A stretch of 64,000 bases of DNA, from positions 9,362,001 to 9,426,000 of the forward strand of contig CP075495.1 in assembly GCA_021613535.1 (NCBI GenBank). Direction: 5' to 3'. This stretch comes from Adineta vaga (lineage: Eukaryota > Animalia > Rotifera). The translations under genes were made by a program, and so were the position numbers. Below, one piece after another: positions 16,165 to 28,889 of this stretch (the stretch's first letter is position 1; each line of letters opens with the position of its first letter). The notes under the pieces were generated by a model. That model was not told the origin of the DNA. It saw only the letters and a list, made by a program, of their open reading frames with translations, and made no database searches.

Positions 16165-17602
16165 TCTATATATATATAAAGAAGAAAGCTTGTCTGTTCG
16201 CTATGTGTTTAGTTCATGTCATAGCTACGGCCACGAAACTTTCCATGGTACTTCCCTAGGTACAGGGAAAGGTCATAAGGGAGTAGGCATGGGAGTTGTG
16301 GGTGAAATTTCACCTAGATGGCTTTGTATTAGCAAACATCACATATATGCTTTATTATGAGCTAGCATCATCAAAATCTTTATGATACTTCCTTACACCA
16401 GGAAAATACGAAGGCGGAGTCGACAGCACTGATAGGAGTGAGAAGGGTGTCTGGGTGAATTTTCACCCAGTTTTTATGGAATATATAGTTTTCTATCCCT
16501 GTCGTAGCTAGAGTAATCAAACTTCGTGCAACACTTCTCTAAGGTCAAAAGAATGTTGCGGTATGGTTAATGTGACTGATGGCCGCACTGATAGGATGTG
16601 GGTGAATTTTCATCCAAGTTTGAAAGACTCATTCTCATAATTTTTTTGGAGATTCAGAGAAACTATCTACAATTTTTGAGCATTTGTCTGATGCTATGTT
16701 TTCACGTCGAATTTGAGTAGACATACATCAGATTCAAACCTTTTGGTTTAGGAAGTTTGGACATTGAGTTTAGACATGAGTTAGAGATTTACTATTTTTG
16801 TGTGGATTAGGACTCGAAGCCTTCGATATCTACTTTACAATCAAAACTCAAACTCTAATCCGTACACAACATCCCAAATTAAAAATAATTGGTGATTTGG
16901 ATCTGGTGTATTTATAATCTCAATATGTAGCACAATCTCTTGAACGGCTTCAATTCGGCAAATGTTTAAGTGTGAGTGTGGGCTTTAGAGGTGCCGATAG
17001 GAAAAAAAGAAGACATGTACTAGCACACGATTTTCGCTGAACATTCACAATGGAGTGAGTAGCTACAATTGTAAACTTGATTTCTCAAAATAGAGACAGA
17101 GTTTCAGTGAAGTGGCCTTGACAGTATGGAAGTGGGATCTGTAGAGTAACCAGAAAAGTAGAGTCAGAACTGATGTCTGTTGCCGAACTGTGATAGATTT
17201 CAGTGGTTGCAAAGAGGTGTTCAAGAGTATACTGTTTACGACGTAGCTAGCAAATTTATGCATAGAGGACCCTCAACAGGTGTATTAAAATTTCGGAGTG
17301 GACGCTGCTGTGCGGTGTGAAGATTTTCGCAGTTGAAGAAGGATTCTTAAGGTAAAGACGGAGGTAAATGGATTGTAGCGATACACACATGAATTTAAAG
17401 TTGTAATGAGACTTTCAAATAGGCGTGGGTTTTAGAGAACTGTATCGCTGACGTTGTCATTTTTTGACATGCACGGCGGGATATGTATCGAGGACAAATG
17501 TGACACTTCCAATCTCATTCGTGTCCATATCTTCTATCGTTTTCTTTTATCTGATGTTCTTAATGTCGATTTATCTTAATCACCATCGGGTACCTCCGCT
17601 AG
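16165..17602 (+). mobile_element. Non-autonomous Helitron (~1.44 kb)
   Basis: 5' end A|TCTATATATATATAAAG, 3' end CGGGTACCTCCGCTAG|T. Inserted between A and T with no TSD. Higher GC than flanks; precise removal restores the host reading frame. Confidence 0.88.
16220..16618 (+). repeat. Three degenerate ~150-bp tandem units inside the Helitron, each ending in a palindrome of the form TGGGTGAA(T/A)TTTCACC
   Basis: Palindromes at ~16299, ~16452 and ~16599. Each unit starts near agcta..aaa(c)t and contains acttc. Confidence 0.7.
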
Positions 17603-18181
17603 TTTCTTTATAAATAACATTTTCATAAGTATCTTCAATATTAATTTGAATTATATCATTATTTAATAAAGCTTCATTTTTTATTTCCGTATTTATTGTT
17701 TTGTTTGAAAGACTAATGAGAAAAAAAAACATTCAATTCAATTCAACATTAAAGTACAAAATATTTTATCAAATAAGATCGATGTTCTATTAGTAAAACG
17801 AAACGGATCAATCGAATGTAACAACTGAAGAAAAAGATGACACTATATATATCGAATAGGAAGAATAGCAAAAACAAATAAATATCCTAGCTATCATAGT
17901 CAGTCTCACATTCTAACGATTTCTCATAATAAAAATAACATTCAAGGTTATATCAATGACGATACGTTGATTGAAGAAAAAGAGCAATAGTATTGAGATT
18001 TCCAGATACATTCCTTTCTCTGTTTTAAATGTGAAGAATAACAATTGATTGATCGTATGAATAGTTTTAAACTGTCATATCGTAGAATTTATTTTAAATG
18101 GATAATCTACTAAAATACAATAAAACCAAGCATATTAAATCCTTACGAATAATTTTCGAACTACTATGTAGAAATCTTGTT

Positions 18182-21100
18182 TTATGTCGATGTCAAAGGT
18201 CCATAACCGACTGCACTATCTTGACCAAAACGATTTTCAAAGTATTGCACATGTGCTTGACGTTTGCGCCATACTTGACCAGCATTAATTTCTGCATAGA
18301 TTGTTTCGACATCTTTTGCTTTCGTTTCTGGTACGAAGAAAAATGTTAAGAGAAAAAATATCAATAAAAAGATTGTGAATAGAAAGAATGTATATTCATG
18401 GAGAAGATCCTAAAGAGAGAGAGAAAACAAGAATAATACTATATCATCAACTTTTTTCATGTAAGCTTACCGTAAAAAGCGGTTTAAAACCAAGACCAAC
18501 TGCAAAATTAGCTGACCAATTCACTAATACAGCAATACTTGATGCTGGTACACGATATACTTGCGTAAATAGTTCGGCTGTAATTAACCATGGAATGGAA
18601 CCCGGTCCAATACCGAAAAAGGCCACAAATAAAATAGTCATTATTAACGACATCATATTCCAAAATGGTGTTGATGTCACAAGCAGAGATATAACAAGAA
18701 CTAGACTCGTTATAAACATACCAGCAATACCAGTTAAATGAAGAATACGTCGACCAAGACGATCCATAAGAAAAACACTGATTATAGTAACGATAACATT
18801 TGTTCCACCTAGACCTAAATTTGCATATTCTGATTGTTCTTTATTAAAGTTAGCAGTTTTAAAGATAGCCGTTGAGTAATAAATCACTGCATTGATACCA
18901 GATAGTTGTTGAGATAATTGTAGAAATACTGTAATAAATAATGCCCAACGAACGGTTGGTGTTGTAAATAAATCAATCATTCGAGCCTGAATAGAAAATA
19001 TATGAATTAAAATCATGCGATATCAATGAAGTTTCGTACCGCATGTTGACTTTGAGTTTGTTCAGCTTGCATAGCGGTGATTTCGTGATGAACATTCGCA
19101 TGTCCACGAAGCCATCGAAGCGCTAGAACATAGTAGGATAATTACAAGCATTAATGATCGGAATATTTTGATTGAAGTACACATTATAGATCATACATCA
19201 AATCGAACTTTAGAATAATCACGTGTCACCTATACTACTTAACTTATTCAATAAAATTTGTTCTCATCGAACTTTGTTCTGATATTATCAGCTAAGACTT
19301 TCTTTTTCGACTGCGCAATATTGATCTATAATACCACTAACGTTTCTTTTATTACATAAAGATTTTATTTGATTTAATACGATATTAAAATCTTCATGTC
19401 AACATATTGACATGAGCTTTAGAATCTATCTTACAGACACGTATATATCAACAGCAATTTCGATTATCATTCTAACATAGTTTTTTCAAAAACAAATCAT
19501 GTATTCAACAACAATTTTTCTTCTTGCTTGTGACCTGTTGGTCACTATGGTTATGGCGCGACCATGGTCAGGACATCATCATGGAGATTCTGACAATGAA
19601 ATGTCAGAAGAATCTCATGGACATAAATGGGCTACATATCATTTACCAAAAGATATTCGTATTCCACATCTTCTTGCTCAGAAATTAGGACGTCCATGGC
19701 CAACATTTACGACAAAGAAAATCTTTGATGGTAAATATCTTCTCATAAGCCCAGCTTTGATGTTCAGATTGAAAGATATGGATAATGATACTGATATAAC
19801 TACAACTAATATTCCTGCAAGTTCAACACCGCGTCCAACAAGATCAGCTACAGGATCTGGAGAAGAAGTAGAAGAAACGACTACAATAATTCCAGGTTCG
19901 TTCAAAAAGCGATTTTTTCAAAATGATGATGATGATGATAATGAACAATTATTCTTTTTGGGTAACAAATAAACTCATAGAATGGAAATCAGCATATAGT
20001 CAAGCAGTGTAGTTCTTGTTTTTCTTTTTCTACGATAAAAATAAAGTTTACCTTTTTCAGCATCTTCAGCATTGTTCTTTTTTATTAATAAATATTTGGG
20101 ACTTTCTGGAACGAAAAAAAGTAAAATCACTTGAAGAATACTGAACACAATTGGTAAACCTGAAGGATAAAAAAATTGACGCTTGTGTATTGTTTGTACA
20201 AAGATTTTAAAAAGTATAATTTACTTAAAGCATAATGCCATCTATCTTTCGATCCTAATACCGTTTCTAAACTAATGATTTGAGAAAAGAACAAGACCAG
20301 AACGATTCCTAATTGAAACGAAGCTCCAAGTGTACCACGTAAACGACTAGGAGATACTTCGTTTATATAAGTTGGAGCAACCGATGAACCATAACCTATT
20401 ATTATTTTATCCAATAATTCATAAGAGAACAGAACTGGTATTACCACATGCAAGTCCAAGAAAAAATCGTCCAAGAATTAAAACTTCATATGAAGATATT
20501 GGCTTCGAAATAAACATTAGAATACAAGCAATGAAAGAGATAACCGTATTTAAATACATTCCACCCTTTCTATATACGAAAAATAATCAACAAAATTAGT
20601 TTCGTGAACGATGACTATCTACCGTCCTAATCGATCAGTAATAAAACCACCAAATAAACCACCGACCATACCACCCAAAGCAAATATAGAAACCGCTAAA
20701 GAACTAAAACAAACGATGATGAGAGAGACGAGACATAAAGTACGTAATTATTTATTTACAAGATTAATGTTACAGTTGATGCACTAATTGTTGTCTCAGG
20801 ATTTCGTTTATGATTTGTATCATTGATGAATTGTTCAATAAACTGAAGTCATTTTTATTTAGAAAGAAAAATAATTATCTTAGATGTATCACTTACGTCT
20901 TGTGGGGCATTCCTGTTTATGAGAATAAAATCTGTATAGATGTACATTTTTATGAAAAAGAAAGTCTTACATTACACCTGATGCATAGCCAAAATGAAAA
21001 GAAGTTCCACTAATTGCAGCGAAAACGGCTAGCAACAATGAGCCAGTCATAGACTATGTACAAAGTAAAAATAGTCATTCTATCATTAATTCACGAAAGG

Positions 21101-21269
21101 AATAAACCTCATAAGAAGGTGGTACATCTGCAGAAGAGGGAGGATTTATTGAATTGTTATTCTCAGCTCCAGGTAGAATAGATGAAGCATTGATATGATC
21201 ATTAACGACACCGGATGCTATTGAGCTATGATTATCAAGTAAATTTGTTGACGATGGAGAATCATCCAT
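18182..21269 (-). CDS. Facilitative glucose transporter (GLUT/SLC2A class I-like), multi-exon
   Basis: FGYASGVM, DRLGR, PTYINEVSPSRLRG, PESPKYL, QLSQQLSGINAVIYYS, DRLGRR, GPGSIPW, VPETK motifs. Confidence 0.95.
19499..19972 (+). CDS. Nested antisense gene encoding a small putative secreted protein
   Basis: 157-codon ORF inside a ~930-nt GLUT intron (~19123-20051). Hydrophobic N-terminus (MYSTTIFLLACDLLVTMVMA|RPW), His/acidic and Thr-rich segments, a KKR site, TATA-like tatata at ~19442. Possible in-frame 45-nt intron at 19731-19775. Confidence 0.7.
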   Translation: MYSTTIFLLACDLLVTMVMARPWSGHHHGDSDNEMSEESHGHKWATYHLPKDIRIPHLLAQKLGRPWPTFTTKKIFDGKYLLISPALMFRLKDMDNDTDITTTNIPASSTPRPTRSATGSGEEVEETTTIIPGSFKKRFFQNDDDDDNEQLFFLGNK

Positions 21270-22020
21270 CCTATTTTATTCTGTAATAAATCAAGCAAAT
21301 GGTAGAACGAAACGAATTAATATTTACATAGAAGTAACAGTTTGATATAGAGACAATCCACGTGTGTGTTAGTAATGTTCTTTTATCTACAAACATGCCT
21401 TGATAATGTAAGAACTTGAAAAGATACGAATAAAAGAAATATATATTCTTGATTATTTTTCTTCAAATTTTATTCTACGACAAAAGAAAACCGCATATAT
21501 GAAATAGTTTTTGCGATGACCAATGATTGTTTTTCAATAAATCATTGAAGAACTATCGATAAACATGTTTACAAAACAAACATAGAAGAACAAGATGAAT
21601 ATAAATGCAATAGATACACAAGAAAGAATCATTATGAGGAAAAAAAACAACTTACAATATGATATGCTGGAATAAAAGAGAAAAGAGCTGATAACAAATA
21701 ATAAAGATGTATATACTGAATAGATCGTTTTTCTTCTCCTTATCTAAATGACAAAGATAAAAGTAGTCTGTGAAACATTTCAGAGAGAAAAAAAAATGAT
21801 CTATTCAGTAGTTTTATCTTTATCATTTTCTGTTAAATACATTCGCGAAATTAACATAAACAATAAGTATTTCGAATAAACTGATTTAGATATTGATATT
21901 TATATACAAAGACAAGACATTGATTTCAGTTTTGATTAGATCAAAGATCTGTGGTTTGCAGATAGAGAATTCATATTGATGACTAGGCTTATGAAATAGC
22001 ACTATAAATGACGATGATGA

Positions 22021-24448
22021 TTATTGTTGATGTTTTGCTTTGTAAACAGTTCCTTTAGCAACAAGAATTTGTACTTGTTCAGGAGTTTTACGCCGAGTTT
22101 CTGGTACAAAAAGAAAAGCGAGTAACCAAAAGATACAGCTCATACCCCCGTAAACAAGAAACAATAATGCTCCAACCGCATGCTGAAAATAGAAATAGAA
22201 TTGTATTGATATTTTCCGAAATTAAAGAATAATTATAATAAACATACGAAAAGTGGTATAAATGTCATGACTATCAAAAACATTGATAGCCAATTAACGA
22301 TAATGGCAATACTTGTTGCATAAGCTCGTTCAGATTGAAAAAACATTTCTGTTGATATCATCCATGGTATAGCACCTTTATGAGAAGGAAAGAAAAAGAA
22401 TTTCGAATAAAATGATTAAGCAAAGAAAGGAAGTAGAGACCTGGACCCATTGCAGAGAAACCAACAGTTGTCATCATGGCAAATATTTCCAAAAAGATCA
22501 TGTGAAACAATGGAATCTAAAATTAAAGATTTGACAGATTATTTTATTCGATTGTCATAATTTATATAACTCATCAATTGAACTTACATTTCTTGATTTG
22601 AGAATAGTAATACCAATGACACATGATGATGCTGCCATACCAATCAACCCATCTATAAGAAAAAGAAATCAATAAACTAGTATTTTTATCTTCCATAATT
22701 TACAGAGAAAAAGTGATCGTCGTCCAACTTTATCCAAAATAAAAACTAATGAGATAGCAACAGCTAAATATGTAATTCCACATGATAACATTGCATATGA
22801 TGCATAATCCATTCGTAGATTTGCATGAAAAAGAATAATATCTCCAAAAAAGAAGATCTAAAGAAAACAAGTATATTCATATGTTAAAAGAGTTTTTTTT
22901 ATTGATATACCACAAAACATCCAGTAAATTGTTGAGCAACATGAGTCATAGCTGATGTTAGAAGACATTTAAGAAGTATTGGTTTTGTCCATAAATCGCG
23001 AAGAGCCATCTAAATGTAAAATAGAAATTTCTTTTATTTTATTTTATATTTGTTTTTTCTTACTCGGTTAGAATTTGATTGAATATTATGAAAATCTGCT
23101 TCCATGTCGTGAATTTCTGCTTGAACAACTTCAGAATTTGTTTCACAACGAAACCATTTTAATGCTAAATTAAAAAGATTTATTATTCATTTCGATTATA
23201 TCACTTTCGATATTCAAACCTCGTTCAGCTGCTCGTCGACGTTTTCGTTGTAAAAGAAATTTTGGTGTTTCATGTGTAAATATCAATAATGAACATTGAA
23301 GAATGCTGAAGATAATCGGCACCGCTATTTATTTATAACAAAATTGAATGTAAAACAATTGGCAAGAAAAAGAACTTGAATATACTAACCAAATAGATAA
23401 TGCCATAAGTGTTCACGACCTAGAAGAAGATCTAAGCCGAGAACTTGAGCTAATAGAAGGGCACTGGCAACAAATAATTGGAAACAAGCACCGAAAGAAC
23501 CACGTACACGTATTGGAGCTATTTCATTGATATAAATTGGACCAACAGTTGCACCGAAACCTTTGAAAAACAGGTAAAATGTTAATAAAAATTTTAAAAG
23601 TATCACAAACCAGCAGAAAAGCCAATTAAAATTCGACCTACAATAAATGCTTCAAATGAACCAATGATTTTACTAAGTACCATCAGTATGGAACCAAGTA
23701 CAGCTGGAATATTATTCAAAAATAGGCCAGTTTTTCTTCAAAGAACAAATGATAATCATATAGTTGAAAATATCAAGTCCATCAAAGTATTCATTCTAAC
23801 TTACCGACCAAATCGATCACTCAATGGCATAGCTAATAGACCACCGAAAACTCCACCGAGTGCTACAACTGAAATAGCTGTTGAATATAGAATATCTTGA
23901 TAATATTCACTTATTGTAGAATTGTAACGTTTTAAATAAATCACTTTAGTATAATTTTTAATTAACTAGAAAAACAAAAAATAAAAATGATTTAGAGAGA
24001 AAAAAAGTTGTAAAATAATTACTTCCGATGGTGCATTCATAACACCCAGTGCATAACCAAATTGAGCACCCGTACCAATCATTGCAGCAAACATTGCTAA
24101 TAATAATGTTCGCGTAAAGCCAAGATGTTTTGGTTTCAAATCAGCTGGTTGAACGATTTCAACTGTTGATCCTTGTAAATCATCTGGTTGATCATTTTGA
24201 TTTTCTGCTTTTTCTTCTTTTAATTTTTGTTCAATTTTTCCTGATTTTTCTGAGTCATCATCATCAGACAATTCTTTTTCTTTCATTTTTTCATCAACAG
24301 CTTTATTCACAAGTTTTTCGACATCGTCTTTCTTATCATTTGGATCCGAAAGATTCTTTTCATTATCATTATTCGATGGATTCATTAGACGCTCTTGTGA
24401 CTTTGCTGCCTCATCTTGATTGTTTTTACGTACTTCGTCTCGCAACAT
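22021..24448 (-). CDS. Second GLUT/SLC2-like transporter with a long charged N-terminus and altered sugar-binding residues
   Basis: QFGYALGVMNAP, DRFGR, PIYINEIAPIRVRG, HETPKFL, DKVGRR, GPGAIPW, VPETR motifs. Stop TAA at 22023-22021. Confidence 0.92.
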
Positions 24449-25651
24449 CGTTTTAATTGATTTTCTTATTAAATCTGTAAAAAAAAGACAGAAATATGAA
24501 TTTTAATTCAGATGAATATCCACTTACTGAATTTTTCAATGGAAATGTGATCGTCCTATTCACAGCATACCATATTCAAATAAATCAATAAGTGGAACAA
24601 AAGAAATACAAACAAGACAACTGATTAGATAAATTGTACCAACAGAAACAGAAGCGGTTGTTTTAGACAGGAACGTACTATATCTTCAGAACCAATCAGA
24701 TTGTCCTGAGGGGGGCGCTCTTGATCAGGAAATAGTCCATCATTTGAGTGCATTTGATGTATAATTTTATTCGAGAAGGCCCTATCCTATTCGTAAAAGA
24801 TACAACTTATTTGAACTGCTTGACTTCTACTAATGATTTGAGGATAATGAATCTATTGCATTGTTCATAATATTATAGAGAGCAAAATATGATAATACTG
24901 AACAACTAATGTATTTCAAAAAAAACTTCTTTGGTATCGTTTACATTTTCAAACGTAATTAACATAAAACATCAAAAAGTCTTTTTTAGAACTGAATAAC
25001 AAAAACAATTAAGATATAATTATAAGTTGAAAATAATAAACTCAAAAAATAGAACTCAGAATGATCAGTGAAGAGAGATTGAAATTGTTATGGAATAAGA
25101 AAATTTGACTCAATCCTACTCGAGTATAGATCCAAGTCAGATGAAGATTGATTAGACATCTCGTTTAATAATCTTGATGAAATGCAGAGACGTTTATATA
25201 TGTTCGTTTGACTTTAACCAGAGTCATTGTTGAATATTAATCCGATGATTTAGTGTAAAAAAAGAACTAAGAGTGCGTGTTCTTTTTTAACTTTATATAA
25301 AAACCAACAAATCGATTTCATATATTATTGGATATATTGATCTGCAGAAGTAAAACTTTTCTTTTCTAAAACTTTACATAGACAAACAATTGATTTGATC
25401 ACAATTTAAATAAATTATTAGTTAATTATTAAATAGCGAATAAGTCTCATAGAAAGCTATTCCTGTATATTTGATGGTATGCAAACATATCGATTTTTAT
25501 TTTCATATCATTAGTCAAACTAATCTTATGGTTTATTTATTATAGATCTAATTTGATCGTTTTCGCATAAAAGATAGACGGTAATCGAAAGTACTAATGG
25601 TAAAAAGTCAAATAAAAGTGTTTTTTTTTGTCGTCATGCTATTAATTGGAT

Positions 25652-26592
25652 CTATTGTTTCGCATCAGGTGGGTTAGCATCTTTGGGAGGTAATGCTGCA
25701 CGACCAATTTTCAAAGCAGTTGCGATTTGAGTAAAATGTGATCCTTGATGTTCAGCAATATTTAATTCTAATTCTGTTGGTTGTCGAGAACCATCACTGC
25801 CAGCAAAAGTACCTGACAAAACGAAGATTATAAACTATGTCACATCAATAGAAATTCATTTACCTGCACCATATGCACTACCACCATGGATAGCATCCAT
25901 ACTAGAGGAAAGTGGACATGAATAACCAATTGGAACCTATTTTCACATATAATTTTAAATAACATAATTCAAATTAAATACATACAATTAACATTCCATG
26001 ATGAATAAAATTGGTTATTCCAGTTAAAATTGTTGTTTCTTGTCTAGAAGATAATCATAAAGTATTTCATTTCGTTATAACAGCTCTATATTTTGGAGCA
26101 TGAGTTATTTTCTTACCCACCACCTTGTGTTGAAGTAGAAACAAAAACACTGATTGGTTTTCCAACAAGTGCACCTTTCATCCATAATCCACCCGTAGCA
26201 TCCCAAACAGCTTTGACTTGGGCTGGCATTCCACCGAAACGTGTTGGAAAACCAAATAAAATACCATCACAATTTACTAACGCATCTTCAAGTGAAATAG
26301 TATTTTCTCCACTTCCACCAATGGCGATAGTTGGAACAGTTTGATCTTTGTCAGGTGCATGCATTTTTGTTAGTACTTCTTTCGATAACGTTTCTGGCAC
26401 TTGAATTAAACGTGCTTCAGCACCAGCCGCTTCAACACCTTTTAATATTGATTTAGCCACTACAAATGAAGACGTTATTGAAGTTTTATATCTGATTCTA
26501 AATAATAACTTACGTTTGCCAACATGACCATACATAGAATAATAAATAATATGTATACGTGCTTTGGTACTACCAGTAACTTTTGAAGCCAT
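25652..26592 (-). CDS. WrbA/Pst2-type flavodoxin-like NAD(P)H:quinone oxidoreductase, 5 exons
   Basis: YYSMYGHV, GFPTRFGGMPAQVKAVWDATGGLW..GALVGKP, STSTQGGGQETT, IHGGSAYGAGTFAGSDGSRQP motifs. Confidence 0.95.
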
Positions 26593-28889
26593 TGCTTTGA
26601 ATTAGTTATAATATAGTTTCTAGAAATAGTAATGAAAATAAGAGTGATAATACAAGTGACAAATAGAAAATGTTTCTATTTTTCCTCGTCAATTTATGCA
26701 TCGTCATATTTATGTCGACAGTGATTCTTATCTCATATACTCATCTTCAGTAATTTGATTAAATGAACTTATGAGATTGTACTGAAAGTTCAGTGACAAA
26801 AAGACGATGGCGCGAGTTTCTCAATTAAAATGCTAATCATATAGAATTAAATCAACATCGGTATACATATGAATAGGTAAGATAATAATAATTTATTTAG
26901 TACAGTGCATCAAGATTATAGAATTTTGTGTATGTAGTGAAATTCCTAATCGCTCCTCAATAATGCTCTGATATTTTCCTGATACGAAACTATTTAGAAT
27001 ACGAAACATTAAACAGACATTCTAACTTTGCATTAAAGTAAATAGCTATGAACCAGCAATTCTACAGTTCATGATTGTTCACTATCAATTATTACTGTTA
27101 GCTATGTGAAACTAGGGACTATACGAATCTACAAAATGCTGTGTAAATATCGTTGTTCTACTACCAAAAATCTTCTTCATACATGGAAAAAAATAGGTCA
27201 ACTAATCAGAATGTTTGTGTGGTCGAAGCGTAGAGCCTAGTCGACGAAAATACGGCTATATCATGTTGTGATGACAGTGCATAAAAAACAACGAAGATAA
27301 AATAGATGATACGATACAACATGAAGACGGTATACTCAACCCAATCGAACGAACGAAAAGAAGGACAGAATAAGATGCGAATATGATAATGGATCAAACC
27401 AATTGGTTTAATGCATAAAATTTCAGATATTGAAACCTAATTAAAAATAAATCTTTATATTGTAATAATAATATCCTTTCAAATTATATATATATTATAA
27501 TTAAAGTATCTTATTATTTTTACAGATTGAGTTGTTCTTCATATACAAGATGACGCTACACGACAATCTGTGCATTGATATAATTCATACTCTATCAATT
27601 AGAAAATTTAGTAATAAACCTTTTCTGATAAATATTTCATTTATTTTGAAAAGCAAATTAATTAGAAAGAAGTATTTTCATTAGCTAAATTCACTATTTA
27701 ACAAAAATAATTGAAAATACGTCAACAAATTTCATATTTGAATAGGGTTCTTGAAAACATTTATTACGATGTCAGATCTTTCGCAGACTGACAAGACTAA
27801 CTGTTGTGAAAAACAGGGAAGAATCATAAGGTAATACGAAGTTTTACTCTATCAGTTCGAAAGAATGATTGAGACTCAATGGAACTATTCTCGTACAAGA
27901 TATGTACCCTATCCGTTTTATAATGAAATTTAAACAAAACAAACATACCGAGAAAACTGAATGACTTTCCTGTGTTTTTTTCTTTTTCCAATATCTAGTT
28001 TGTCGCGATCGAATATAAAAATAGAATGGCTAGGAAAGCCATTAGACGAGTGTTAATATCCGATTTGATGCCTGGAAGTGTTTCATATAATATTTAAATA
28101 TCATGAGTATGAAAACACAAATGTTCTGAAGATTTTCACTTACTAAGATTTCAAGTATATAAATAATTGAAAATATCAATTCTATTTCTCTTATAGAAAC
28201 TTGTCTACTGTCTAGAAACATTTATCTTCTTTTTTTTTAGAACAAAGAACATAAATAGAAAGTATTTAATTACTTGACTGTTGATAAATTTATTCTCAAA
28301 ATTTTTAGCCACTTTTCACTTTGTTTTTAAATTGAGAAGATAAAAGACGAGTTAATCATAGATAAAACAAATAAACTAATGTCGAGTTATTTTTATTCTT
28401 GACTTCTTATTCGACTGTCAATGATAACTTATCACATGTATAATAGATCTCACAAAAGATTATTGTTGAGCTGTTCATTAACATTTTTTGTTTTGCATTT
28501 ATAAAAGAATTTTGAAAATCTATATCTTCTTTTTCTCTTTTCCTCATTGATTTTTTATATTGAAAAAAAATGATCCTTCAATAACAACATTCTTTTCGTC
28601 GTCGATGACACTCCTCTAGAGATGAAGTCTTGTTGCCCATATACAACATCCGGAGAAGTGAAGCATTGATTATACTCAAAGAACTCTTTCTATCATAATA
28701 GATATGTTTTTTTCGAATTAAATCCCTATCAAATTACGATATATATCTACTAGACATAGTTTTATTTGTTTATTTTGTTTTTTTTTTCGAACAGAAATTA
28801 TAACCATATTTGACGATAGATGAGAATAGAAAGACATCGATATATAAATATATAGATATATATGTATATATTTGAAAATCTTTTTTTTT

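Larger units (their letters stand above)
15507..17712 (-). pseudogene. Beta-1,3-galactosyltransferase (GT31/Galactosyl_T) pseudogene interrupted by a Helitron
   Basis: Removing 16165-17602 gives a continuous frame EALLNNDIIQINIEDTYENVIYKE|IAALNWSL..YSFKTDDY. Downstream, PHYC, CSGFG and NVFMSGLLAG motifs occur with in-frame stops and frameshifts. 5' exons not found. Confidence 0.8.

Noticed and set aside
16220-16618. Regularly spaced palindromes resembling a CRISPR-like array
   Set aside because: Only three degenerate units with ~150-bp period inside a Helitron in a eukaryotic context; no cas genes.
21360-21830. Cluster of WGATAA motifs upstream of the first GLUT
   Set aside because: Plausible gut-type GATA sites, but the motif is too frequent in AT-rich DNA to claim without an enrichment test.
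24705-24720. CTCF-like motif
   Set aside because: Mismatches at core positions; retained only as a generic GC-rich element.
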